A DNA stretch of 31,567 nt from a virus, in the UHGV virus genome UHGV-1390503; one strand, written 5' to 3'. The notes under the pieces were generated by a model. The model saw nothing but the letters and a program-made list of their open reading frames with translations. It was not told the origin of the DNA and did no database searches. A program made the translations under genes and the position numbers. Shown here piece by piece: positions 6,625-14,838 of the stretch (the stretch's first letter is position 1; every line of letters starts with the position of its first letter).

Positions 6625-7862
6625 TTCTAAAAGAACGTGGCGGCAATAACGATGTACACGCCTTACTGTCACCGTCTGGGGCTAAAAAGTGGCTTACGTG
6701 CAGCGCATCACTGGCCTGCGAAAAGGATATTCCTAATACGTCTGGCAAAGCCGCGGTATTAGGTACGGCTATGCACACCATAGCCGAGATGCATCTAAAC
6801 CAATACATCAAAGGCACTGCGTTGCCGTTAGAGCGCGAAGTCGGTGCTTACGTGCTGGATGAAGGCAAAGGCCAGATTAAGGCGCTAATCAGCCCGATGA
6901 AAGGCGCGGTACTGATTACGGCTGACATGATTGAGCAGGTGCGCAAGTACACTGACTACTGCAAACCGATTATCGACGTAGCGACTTACGCCAAGCTGGA
7001 AATGCGCGTCAATCTTACTGAGGTGCTACACCCTGGTTACGAAGGCGTTGAGACCTTCGGAACTGCTGACCTTGTTGCCGTTCAGGAACTGGCTAACACC
7101 GACGAGCACATGCTTATCATCGGCGACCTTAAAACTGGACGGCATCGTGTCGAAGCGAAGGAAAACAAGCAGCTTATGCTCTACGCTCTCGGTGTTTATC
7201 GTCGACTCAAGAGACGTTATAACATCACAGTTGTTCGTCTGGTCATCTTCCAGCCGTATGCCGGTGGTGCGTCGGAGTGGGACATCTCGGTTGAAGGTCT
7301 GGAACTGTTCGCCAAGTTCGCACAGAAACGCGCACTGTTAGCGCTTGATGCGTATTTCCGAGGCAAGAAGAACCTGAAAGCGTCGGACTTCAGGCCGTCA
7401 GTCGATGGTTGCCAGTGGTGTCGTTTCTCGGAGCAGTGTGCAGCGCGTACAAAAACCATTAACGCGGTACTGGCGGAAGAACTGGAGGACGATTTTGCAC
7501 TGGAACTGACGCCGGAGCAACTCGTAACTGAGTATGAGAAGTTGCCGTTGTTGTGTCAGCACATCGACAAGGTTGAGAAAGCTATGGCTGCCGCGTTGCA
7601 TTCCGGTAAGAAAGTTCCGGGGTACAAACTGGTTGAAGGCCGTCCCGGTAATCGCGCGTGGAAAGACGCGGATAAAGTAGCAGAACTCTACGGCGACAAG
7701 CTGACTAAAGAAGTGCTCATGTCACCTACCGAAGCTGTTAAAGTAATACCGGAAGAAGAACTGAAAGACTTCATTACCCGTAAGCCGGGTACACCATGTG
7801 TCGCAACGTCAGACGACAAACGTCCTGAGTGGAATCAGGTGACAGAGGAGGATTTAGAATGA
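6621..7862 (+). CDS. PD-(D/E)XK family nuclease with C-terminal Cys cluster (DUF2800/Cas4-like)
   Basis: 413 aa; D...IGDLKTG...QLMLYALG core and C-terminal CQWCRFSEQC; ends TEEDLE. Confidence 0.8.
   Translation: MILKERGGNNDVHALLSPSGAKKWLTCSASLACEKDIPNTSGKAAVLGTAMHTIAEMHLNQYIKGTALPLEREVGAYVLDEGKGQIKALISPMKGAVLITADMIEQVRKYTDYCKPIIDVATYAKLEMRVNLTEVLHPGYEGVETFGTADLVAVQELANTDEHMLIIGDLKTGRHRVEAKENKQLMLYALGVYRRLKRRYNITVVRLVIFQPYAGGASEWDISVEGLELFAKFAQKRALLALDAYFRGKKNLKASDFRPSVDGCQWCRFSEQCAARTKTINAVLAEELEDDFALELTPEQLVTEYEKLPLLCQHIDKVEKAMAAALHSGKKVPGYKLVEGRPGNRAWKDADKVAELYGDKLTKEVLMSPTEAVKVIPEEELKDFITRKPGTPCVATSDDKRPEWNQVTEEDLE
7839..7862 (+). repeat. 24-nt repeat GTGACAGAGGAGGATTTRGAATGA (copy 2)
   Basis: See copy 1 at 4414-4437. 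Confidence 0.8.
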
Positions 7863-8032
7863 TGGTTTATATTCTCACGCGGTACCACCGCCGATATTCT
7901 ATTCAAGAACTTGATATTATTTCTGTTCACGCTAAACGCGCCGACGCCGACAAAATTGCAGAAGAGAAGAACTCGAAGCATGAGGCGGTGCAGCCATATA
8001 TTTATAAGGTGGTCCCGAAGAAACTTAAATAA
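7859..8032 (+). CDS. Hypothetical small protein (57 aa)
   Basis: The track ORF starts at 7829; the in-frame ATG at 7859 lies in the ATGA overlap downstream of GAGGAGGA. Confidence 0.45.
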   Translation: MMVYILTRYHRRYSIQELDIISVHAKRADADKIAEEKNSKHEAVQPYIYKVVPKKLK

Positions 8033-8036
8033 AGTG

Positions 8037-8065
8037 TTGACACCTGAATAGTTGGCTATTATAGT
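8037..8065 (+). promoter_or_regulatory. Promoter/operator element copy 4 (TTGACA-N17-TATAGT with AATAG-ttgg-CTATT)
   Basis: Consensus -35 and -10 with 17-nt spacing, about 55 nt upstream of the SSB-like gene. Confidence 0.65.
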
Positions 8066-8118
8066 TCTAATCACTGGCCGGGCAGCTTCCCGGAGTAAAC
8101 TGAAAAGCGAGAAATCAA

Positions 8119-8745
8119 ATGGGACTGACATTAAATCTGCGTAAAGTAAACACTGCTTGGGTTAACGTATTTGAACGCGAAAAAGACCGTGAAAACGATG
8201 ATGGCTCAATCACTAAAGGCCAGTACAGCGCAACTATCATCCTGCCACCTGACCATGCTCAAATCGATGCGCTCTACGACACCGTTTACGCTGTAGTTGA
8301 AGAAGCCTTAGGCGCAGCCGCTGCTGAGAAGTGGATGAGGTCCAACTACGGCGAAGGTAAGCACATGGATAAATGCGCTATTAAAGACATTGCCGAGCGC
8401 GACAATCCGTTTGAAGACTTCCCGGAAGGTTTCTACTTCAAAGCGAAGGCACAGAAACAGCCGCTGATTATAACCTCTAAAAAAGGTGAGACTCAGGTAG
8501 AACAGGACTTCAATGTAGACGGCGAACAGATTGAAGGCGAACAGGTTTACAGCGGATGCGTCGCTAACGTAAGTGTTGAAATCTGGTTTAGCCAGAAATA
8601 TAAAGTCCTCGGGGTTAAACTACTGGGAATTAAATACATTGGTGAAGGTAAAGCGTTTGGTGGTTCTAAAGTCGCTGCAAGCGTCAATGACCTGGAAGAC
8701 GACGAAGAAGATGAAGCACCGCGCCGTGAACGTCGTCGCCGTTAA
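8119..8745 (+). CDS. Phage single-strand DNA-binding protein (DUF2815-like) with acidic C-terminal tail
   Basis: 208 aa; the sequence family is recalled as the SSB partner of DUF2800 nucleases; C-terminal NDLEDDEEDEAPRRERRRR. Confidence 0.7.
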   Translation: MGLTLNLRKVNTAWVNVFEREKDRENDDGSITKGQYSATIILPPDHAQIDALYDTVYAVVEEALGAAAAEKWMRSNYGEGKHMDKCAIKDIAERDNPFEDFPEGFYFKAKAQKQPLIITSKKGETQVEQDFNVDGEQIEGEQVYSGCVANVSVEIWFSQKYKVLGVKLLGIKYIGEGKAFGGSKVAASVNDLEDDEEDEAPRRERRRR

Positions 8746-8765
8746 TATCTGAATCAATTTAACTA

Positions 8766-8788
8766 AGGCCCTTCATTGGGCCTTTTTA
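8766..8788 (+). terminator. Rho-independent terminator
   Basis: AGGCCC-TTCATT-GGGCCT followed by TTTTT. Confidence 0.65.
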
Positions 8789-8804
8789 CTAAGGGTCGAA
8801 AATA

Positions 8805-9083
8805 ATGGCAGCGGAACTTAAGAGATACAGACGCATCACATACTGCAAATTTTGTAAGGCAGAAGGTAAAAAAGTTAGAGCAATTTGGATGACTAAATAC
8901 CCTCCAGCTTACGGTGTACGAGACTGGTATAAACACTATGCATGCGAGGAGCATAAACATTTAATAGAAGACACAGACCCAGACCGGACTTGGGCAGAAA
9001 TCATAGAACGCGGCAAAAACAAGAAACAAGAACGCGACGACTATCTCACAGAAGCAGACTATCAGACGTGGTACAGATTATGA
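8805..9083 (+). CDS. Hypothetical protein with Cys/His zinc-ribbon-like pattern
   Basis: 92 aa; CKFC...CEEHKH. Confidence 0.5.
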   Translation: MAAELKRYRRITYCKFCKAEGKKVRAIWMTKYPPAYGVRDWYKHYACEEHKHLIEDTDPDRTWAEIIERGKNKKQERDDYLTEADYQTWYRL

Positions 9084-11254
9084 ATACATTGCTTTACTTA
9101 GACTTTGAAACATTCTCCGAAGCCGATTTAAAGAAAGTCGGTTCCTACGCTTACGCCGAACATCCAACTACCGAAGTGCTAATCTGTACCTATGCTTTTG
9201 ATGACGAGCCTGTGCAGGTGTGGGACTGCACCGACGGCAGCGACATGCCGGGCGATTTGCACCGAGCGCTACGCCGTCTGGTGAAGCCGAACAGCCGTAT
9301 TAAGATGGTGTGGCATAACGGTGGACTTTTCGATAGGCTCATCATGAAACACTGCTGGGGCTTTGATATTCCGGTAAGCAACACCATTGATACGATGATT
9401 TGGGCGTTTCGCCACGCGTTGCCGGGTTCACTTGATGCGTTGTGCGAAGTGCTGGGTGTATCCGCCGACAACGCGAAAGATAAACGCGGCAAGGCGCTGA
9501 TTCAGCGTTTCTCTAAACCGACGCCTAAGAACTACAAAATCCGCCGTTATACCTCCGAAACGCACCCAGACGAGTGGGCGCTGTTCATCAAGTACGCCAT
9601 TAGCGACATCACCGCGATGCGTGAAGTCTTCCATAAACTGCCGCGGTGGGGTAACTCCGAGTTCGAAGACCGTGTGCTGGAACTGGACCAGTTAATCAAC
9701 GACCGCGGGTTTAAGGTTGACGTTGCACTGGCAGAAGCAGCGATTGAAGCCGTGGAGAAGCACAAGGCACAGTTACAGGAAGAAGCCCAACGCAAATACG
9801 GCGGCTCACTTACTGGTAAAGACTTTCTGCCGATTCTGCGTGAACTTGCGCCAGCGCACCGCATCCACAATGCGCAGAAGTCAACGCTGAATGACCTGCT
9901 AGCGGATGATGATTTACCGGACGACGCCCGCACGATTATCGAAATGCGCCTCGGGGCCGCGTCCACGGCATCAACGAAATATAATCCGCTGCTGTTGGGT
10001 CGCTCTTCGGACGACCGGCGCCGTGGTTGCATCCAGTATGGTGGAGCAAAGCGTACGTTACGATTTGCCGGTAAAGGCTTCCAGCCGCAGAACCTGGCGC
10101 GCGGTTACTACCACGATGAGGAACTGGATAAAGGTATTTCCGCGCTACTTAAAGGCCGTGCGCATCGCCGTTTTGATGTAGCTAAGCTAACGGCATCGAC
10201 GGTGCGTAGTTGCATCATACCGGAAGCTGGGCATAAGTTTGTTGTTGCCGACTACTCTAACGTTGAAGGCCGTGGGCTTGCGTGGCTGGCTGGTGAAGAC
10301 GATTTAATCGAAGTATTTGTAAACGGGGTTGATGTGTATAAAAAACTCGCATCAACGGTGTTCAACGTTGCCTATGAGGATGTAACAAAGGACCAAAGAC
10401 AAATAGCCAAAGCAATGGTTCTGGGCCTCGGCTACGCGGGGGGTGTCGGTGCTTTCGTAACGTTTGCTAAAAACTTAGGTCTTGATTTGAACGATATGAC
10501 CAGAACTTTAGACGGTACTTTCCCCGACCATATATGGGCTGCTACCGCGCGTGGGTATGAGTGGGCGCGTATCCAGGAGGCCAAGCGACCGCCACGTCCT
10601 GGTGAAAAGGATGACCGACCATCATATATACTTGATAAGAAAGTATGGAGAACATGTGACGCTCTGAAACGCATGTACCGAGAAGCTAATCCTGCAATAG
10701 TTCAATTCTGGCGTGACATTGAAGATGCGGCTATGGCGGCTATCCGTAATCCCGGTAAAGAGTTCACCGCAGGTCCGCGCGGCGTTAAGTTTTCGCGTAA
10801 CGTAGAAACAGACAACAACGGCAACAAAGTCGCGGGCTGGTGGTTGCGCATGACGCTGCCGTCAGGTCGCGTTATGTCTTACCCCGGAGTCGGGTTAAGC
10901 GTATCAAAAGAGACAGACGAAGAAGGGAAGGTGTCTACTAACGTGCGCATCAAATACCAGGGAGAGAACCAGTTAACACGTCAGTGGGGCTTTCAGTACA
11001 CCTACTCCGGTAAACTGGTGGAAAACTGCACCCAGGCGCTGTGTCGCGATTTGCTGGCTAATGCTCTGCTGAACGTAGAAGCCAACGGCTACCCGATTGT
11101 ACTTCACGTGCACGATGAGATTATCTGCGAGACACCGGATTTACCAGAATACAATGTTGCTGAGCTTGAGCGGTTGATGTGTGAATTACCAGAATGGGCG
11201 GAGGGGTTCCCTCTTGTAGCGGAAGGTCAGGAGTTAAAACGTTATGCTAAGTAA
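9080..11254 (+). CDS. Family A DNA polymerase with 3'-5' exonuclease domain
   Basis: The track ORF starts at 8990; ATG 9080 is ATGA-coupled. Exo I motif LDFETFS; polymerase motif A DYSNVEGR, motif B KAMVLGLGYAGG, motif C HVHDEI. Confidence 0.9.
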   Translation: MNTLLYLDFETFSEADLKKVGSYAYAEHPTTEVLICTYAFDDEPVQVWDCTDGSDMPGDLHRALRRLVKPNSRIKMVWHNGGLFDRLIMKHCWGFDIPVSNTIDTMIWAFRHALPGSLDALCEVLGVSADNAKDKRGKALIQRFSKPTPKNYKIRRYTSETHPDEWALFIKYAISDITAMREVFHKLPRWGNSEFEDRVLELDQLINDRGFKVDVALAEAAIEAVEKHKAQLQEEAQRKYGGSLTGKDFLPILRELAPAHRIHNAQKSTLNDLLADDDLPDDARTIIEMRLGAASTASTKYNPLLLGRSSDDRRRGCIQYGGAKRTLRFAGKGFQPQNLARGYYHDEELDKGISALLKGRAHRRFDVAKLTASTVRSCIIPEAGHKFVVADYSNVEGRGLAWLAGEDDLIEVFVNGVDVYKKLASTVFNVAYEDVTKDQRQIAKAMVLGLGYAGGVGAFVTFAKNLGLDLNDMTRTLDGTFPDHIWAATARGYEWARIQEAKRPPRPGEKDDRPSYILDKKVWRTCDALKRMYREANPAIVQFWRDIEDAAMAAIRNPGKEFTAGPRGVKFSRNVETDNNGNKVAGWWLRMTLPSGRVMSYPGVGLSVSKETDEEGKVSTNVRIKYQGENQLTRQWGFQYTYSGKLVENCTQALCRDLLANALLNVEANGYPIVLHVHDEIICETPDLPEYNVAELERLMCELPEWAEGFPLVAEGQELKRYAK

Positions 11255-11375
11255 ACTGATTATCGCGGTACTGGCGGGATTTGCCGCCGGTGTCTACTGT
11301 CACGAGGGTCAATACGGCATGATTGTCACCGTACTGGGCATGTTCATCGCAATTTATCTGTGGGTGCTGGAATGA
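11244..11375 (+). CDS. Small hydrophobic protein (43 aa), predicted membrane
   Basis: Not in the track. MLSKLIIAVLAGFAAGVYCHEGQYGMIVTVLGMFIAIYLWVLE; stop overlaps the next ATG. Confidence 0.3.
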   Translation: MLSKLIIAVLAGFAAGVYCHEGQYGMIVTVLGMFIAIYLWVLE

Positions 11376-11461
11376 AAATTTACTGGTTATACGAAGAAGA
11401 CTGTCGAATCTGTCCGCGTTGCGGGATTGAGTATACGAAACGTGAGGGGTGTGTATTATGA
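11372..11461 (+). CDS. Tiny Cys-rich ORF (29 aa)
   Basis: MKIYWLYEEDCRICPRCGIEYTKREGCVL; ATGA-coupled on both sides. Confidence 0.25.
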   Translation: MKIYWLYEEDCRICPRCGIEYTKREGCVL

Positions 11462-11652
11462 GTAACAAACCATTTAGCAAGAAACTAGCCGCGTTAGTGG
11501 ATATGCCAGAATGGGAATTTATCATGGTAATGGGAGATGGGTTCTTTAGTGACGTTTGTTCAGGATGTACGCACAAAGGTGTTTACTACACGGAACACGA
11601 CATCTATCAAGCGTACTTCCTGCGCAACCCAGATGAGGAGCCGTTGTTATGA
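11458..11652 (+). CDS. Hypothetical protein (64 aa)
   Basis: The track ORF starts at 11449; ATG at 11458 lies in the ATGA overlap. Confidence 0.45.
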   Translation: MSNKPFSKKLAALVDMPEWEFIMVMGDGFFSDVCSGCTHKGVYYTEHDIYQAYFLRNPDEEPLL

Positions 11653-11801
11653 CAATGTTTGTATTTTGGACGATAGTAACCATGCTCGCACTGTTGCTCG
11701 GTGCTGGAATAGCCGCGATGTTCTGTTATGGCCTGTTCTTTAAGTTTGTTGGCGTTGCCGTTCTCGGTGGGGCTTTCCTTACCTGGATTCTGCGGTCATG
11801 A
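11649..11801 (+). CDS. Small membrane protein (50 aa, two hydrophobic helices)
   Basis: MTMFVFWTIVTMLALLLGAGIAAMFCYGLFFKFVGVAVLGGAFLTWILRS; ATGA-coupled to both neighbours. Confidence 0.35.
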   Translation: MTMFVFWTIVTMLALLLGAGIAAMFCYGLFFKFVGVAVLGGAFLTWILRS

Positions 11802-12112
11802 CTAAAGAGGGCCGTGTACAGAAATACACAAAAGAGCGATTCGAGGCCCTGGGGGGCCTCGTTCGTAAACTTTCCTACGAAGGACGTTCTGGTGCTCCTG
11901 ACCTGCTGGTAATTCTCCCTGGCGGCATCATCTGGTTTGTCGAGGTTAAGAAAGACGAGAACACGAAGCCAGACCCCCACCAGTTACGAGAGCATGCGCG
12001 TATGCGTAAACGTGGTGCAAATGTTTTTGTCGTCGGGTCGATAAAACAGGTTGACACCCTAATAGCAGACTATTATAGTAAGCACATACCCCAACAATAT
12101 AAGGAATTATAA
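11798..12112 (+). CDS. VRR-NUC domain nuclease
   Basis: 104 aa; PDLLVIL...GIIWFVEVKKDENTKP...HQLREHARMRKRGANVFVV matches the VRR-NUC core as recalled. Confidence 0.75.
   Translation: MTKEGRVQKYTKERFEALGGLVRKLSYEGRSGAPDLLVILPGGIIWFVEVKKDENTKPDPHQLREHARMRKRGANVFVVGSIKQVDTLIADYYSKHIPQQYKEL
12051..12079 (+). promoter_or_regulatory. Promoter/operator element copy 6 (TTGACA-N17-TATAGT with AATAG-caga-CTATT), inside the 3' end of the VRR-NUC gene
   Basis: Read directly; about 35 nt upstream of the ATG at 12114. Confidence 0.55.
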
Positions 12113-12113
12113 A

Positions 12114-12368
12114 ATGGCTATCGAACTTCAACTGTCAGTAAACACCATGATTCTCGGTTCAATCGATTCATCTGTCCGCGTCGGTAAATACACAGGAGCG
12201 TCAGCTAATTACTCATGGTCTATGAAGGTTTCGGAAGTAAACCGTATCCTGGGTTTCGGGTCAGTTGGCCGCAAGGTGCTTACGGAAGACGTAGCTAAAG
12301 GGCTGTCTGTAGACTTTACAACGGCTGGCGAACTTATTAAGCAAGTTCAAGCCGAATTATCTAACTAA
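12114..12368 (+). CDS. Hypothetical protein
   Basis: 84 aa ORF with ATG. Confidence 0.5.
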   Translation: MAIELQLSVNTMILGSIDSSVRVGKYTGASANYSWSMKVSEVNRILGFGSVGRKVLTEDVAKGLSVDFTTAGELIKQVQAELSN

Positions 12369-12407
12369 TACAGGCCCTTCGGAGCCTTAACTATAAGGAA
12401 TTGAGAA

Positions 12408-12599
12408 ATGAAACACGAATACGACCGCAAACCAGCACGTGACATCGTACCGGGTGACATGATTTTCAACGTTAAGACACGTCGTCCTGTTGCCGTTGAT
12501 ACGGTGTTCGTCGAGTCGAATGGTAAACTGGTTATAGAAGATGTAACCGGTAACGTCACGGCGTTCGGGCGGAAGGAATTGGTACTGGTGGCAAAATGA
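12408..12599 (+). CDS. Hypothetical protein
   Basis: 63 aa; RBS AAGGAATTGAGAAATG. Confidence 0.5.
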   Translation: MKHEYDRKPARDIVPGDMIFNVKTRRPVAVDTVFVESNGKLVIEDVTGNVTAFGRKELVLVAK

Positions 12600-12844
12600 A
12601 CTATTACAATGAATGGGATAAAGGCGCTGCTGCGTGGCTGCGTGAATTAATAAAACAGGGTCAAATACCTTTTGGGGTCGTAGATGAAAGAAGCATTACC
12701 GAAGTTAAGCCAGAAGACCTTGACGGGTTCACCCAGTGTCATTTTTTTTGCTGGCATCGGCGGCTGGCCTCTCGCGCTCAGACTTGCGGGAGTTTCGGAA
12801 GATACGCCTCTCTGGACGGGAAGCCCGCCTTGCCAACCGTTTAG
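12596..12844 (+). CDS. ORF whose first 48 codons resemble a C5-methyltransferase N-terminal segment; becomes out of frame with the methyltransferase body at a T8 tract
   Basis: MNYYNEWDKGAAAWLRELI... resembles the NEWDK-type segment of M.HhaI as recalled; after the T8 run (12742-12749) the product looks like alternate-frame sequence. Confidence 0.35.
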   Translation: MNYYNEWDKGAAAWLRELIKQGQIPFGVVDERSITEVKPEDLDGFTQCHFFCWHRRLASRAQTCGSFGRYASLDGKPALPTV

Positions 12845-13421
12845 TGCAGCAGGAAAACAACTCGGACAGTTCGACCCGAGACACCTCGCGACAGTCTTCC
12901 TCAACCTCATCAGCGAGTGCCGCCCTCCAGTCATCTTTGGGGAACAGGTTGCGCCAGCAATTGCAAAATCGTGGATGTGCGATTTACAAGCTCATCTGGA
13001 AGGAGAAGACTACGCCGTCGGGTTTGCCGTACTCCCAGCTTGTAGCATCGGCGCACCGCATAAAAGAGAGCGACTCTTCTTTGGTGCGTACCAACTGGCC
13101 GACACCGACAGCGAACGATTACAAAGGGAGCGGAGAGACAGTGATTCGCAAGGACGGGAAGGACAGAACATTCGACAGGCTGGACTACTCAACGGAGCAG
13201 GGGCTGAAAATAGCACAACCAATCCGCACCACGGCTTCTGGTCAGATGCTGACTGGCTCGGATGCCGGGATGGAAAATTCAGGCCAGTTGAACCCGGCAC
13301 ATTCCCGCTGGCTAATGGGATACCTGCCAGAGTGGGACGATTGCGCGGTTACGGCAATGCCATCGTCCCGCAAGTAGCCGCTGAATTTATAAAGGCGTTC
13401 ATGGGGGCGGTAAATGAGTAA
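12684..13421 (+). CDS. DNA (cytosine-5)-methyltransferase, apparently frame-disrupted
   Basis: In this frame: FAGIGGW (motif I), SPPCQPFSAAGK (IV), VIFGEQV (VI), GAPHKRERLFF (VIII), GNAIVPQVA (X). The expected WPTP segment and motif IX (RWLMGYLPEW) are in the +1 frame (ORF 12736..13377). Confidence 0.6.
   Translation: MKEALPKLSQKTLTGSPSVIFFAGIGGWPLALRLAGVSEDTPLWTGSPPCQPFSAAGKQLGQFDPRHLATVFLNLISECRPPVIFGEQVAPAIAKSWMCDLQAHLEGEDYAVGFAVLPACSIGAPHKRERLFFGAYQLADTDSERLQRERRDSDSQGREGQNIRQAGLLNGAGAENSTTNPHHGFWSDADWLGCRDGKFRPVEPGTFPLANGIPARVGRLRGYGNAIVPQVAAEFIKAFMGAVNE
12742..12749 (+). repeat. Homopolymeric T8 tract at the junction of two methyltransferase-related reading frames
   Basis: ATTTTTTTTG read directly; T7 would fuse QCHFF (upstream frame) to AGIGGW (motif I). 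Confidence 0.9.
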
Positions 13422-14838
13422 GTTTCAAAGGCGCGAGTACCAGAAGCTCATGACCTCGTTCATGTTGCGACACCATCGCTGTAATATTTGGGCGAGCATG
13501 GGCGCCGGGAAGACTGGCAGCGTACTGTGGGCATTAAACCGACTGTTTCGCAACGGGCAGCTTACGGACGACGACCGCGTGTTAATCCTGGCCCCGCTGC
13601 GAGTTGCGTCGGGTACGTGGCCTGCAGAACAAGGGAAATGGCAATTCCCGTGTCTGAGTGTCGTCGATGCGACCGGTTCAGAGAAGCGTCGCATCGCGGC
13701 GCTGGAGTCAGACGCTAACGTGGTGTGCACTAACTACGAAGTTATAGAGTGGTTGATTGACTACTACGGCAAAGACGACTGGCCTTTTACGGTTATCGTT
13801 GCTGATGAAAGCACGAAGCTGAAATCGTTCCGCAGCCGTTCAGGGGGTAGCAAGCGTGCAAAGGCGCTAAGCAAAGTGGCGTTCGGTAAGGTTAAGCGAT
13901 TTATTAACCTCACCGGCACACCATCACCAAACGGCCTCAAAGACTTGTGGGGCCAGAACTGGTTTATCGACGCTGGCGAGCGCCTGGGTTCTTCATATAC
14001 CGCATTCACCGACCGATGGTTTAACTCGGTGCAGAAAGGCAAATCCGCGATGGCGCGTGAGTATCATGCGCGCCCAGGTGCGGATAATGAGATTCACCAG
14101 AAGATGAAGGACATTAGTCTCACGATTGACGCCGCCGAGTGGTTTGGTTGCGAAGCGCCGATTATTGTGCCGGTGGAAATTGATCTGCCGAAGAAAGCGC
14201 GTCAGGCGTACATCGATATGGAGGAGAAGCTATTCGCGGAACTGGAGAGCGGAGAAGTTGAAGCGGCTAACGCTGCGGCGAAGACGTCGAAGTGTCTGCA
14301 GATTGCATCCGGCGCCGTGTATGTATCAGGGCCAGACGGAGAAGCAACCAAAGACTGGGAGAAAGTGCACGACACGAAACTGGATGCGCTCGAGTCGATT
14401 GTTGAGGAGTTGCAGGGTGCGCCGTTGCTTGTGGCTTATCAGTTCAAGCACGAACTGGAACGCATCCTGAAACGTTTCCCGCAGGCCCAGGCGTTTGCAA
14501 AAGGTGCTAAGGGCAATAAGCAGATGGAAGCGTGGAACCGTGGTGAAATTGAAATCTTATGCGTCCACCCCGCGTCAGCCGGGCATGGTTTGAATTTACA
14601 GGACGGAGGACACCATCTGGCGTTTATTTCGCAAGGCTGGAACCTTGAGCACTATTTGCAGGTCGTTGAACGTATAGGCCCGGTACGCCAGAAACAGGCG
14701 GGCCACGAGCGCCCGGTGTTCCTCTATCACATCGTTGCTAAAGACACACTGGATGAGGTTGTTGCCGCGCGTACGGACGAGAAGAAATCGGTACAGGAAG
14801 AGCTGCTTAATTATATGAAGAGACGAGGTAAGAAATGA
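13414..14838 (+). CDS. DEAD/DEAH-box (SNF2-like) superfamily 2 helicase
   Basis: 474 aa; Walker A MGAGKTGS, DExx-like VADEST, C-terminal helicase-like region; ATGA-coupled to the methyltransferase. Confidence 0.75.
   Translation: MSKFQRREYQKLMTSFMLRHHRCNIWASMGAGKTGSVLWALNRLFRNGQLTDDDRVLILAPLRVASGTWPAEQGKWQFPCLSVVDATGSEKRRIAALESDANVVCTNYEVIEWLIDYYGKDDWPFTVIVADESTKLKSFRSRSGGSKRAKALSKVAFGKVKRFINLTGTPSPNGLKDLWGQNWFIDAGERLGSSYTAFTDRWFNSVQKGKSAMAREYHARPGADNEIHQKMKDISLTIDAAEWFGCEAPIIVPVEIDLPKKARQAYIDMEEKLFAELESGEVEAANAAAKTSKCLQIASGAVYVSGPDGEATKDWEKVHDTKLDALESIVEELQGAPLLVAYQFKHELERILKRFPQAQAFAKGAKGNKQMEAWNRGEIEILCVHPASAGHGLNLQDGGHHLAFISQGWNLEHYLQVVERIGPVRQKQAGHERPVFLYHIVAKDTLDEVVAARTDEKKSVQEELLNYMKRRGKK

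Noticed and set aside
9547-10032. 161-aa minus-strand ORF
   Set aside because: Antisense inside the DNA polymerase gene, whose motifs are intact; Ser/Arg-rich alternate-frame composition.
12736-13377. 213-aa ORF overlapping the methyltransferase in the +1 frame, considered as an independent overlapping gene
   Set aside because: Its N-terminal 120 residues look like alternate-frame low-complexity sequence and only the C-terminal part carries methyltransferase-like motifs, so it is better explained as a frame-shifted part of the methyltransferase than as a separate gene.
13488-14470. 76-114-aa alternate-frame ORFs within the helicase gene
   Set aside because: They overlap the well-supported DEAD/SNF2-like helicase in other frames; Arg/Cys-rich composition; no RBS.
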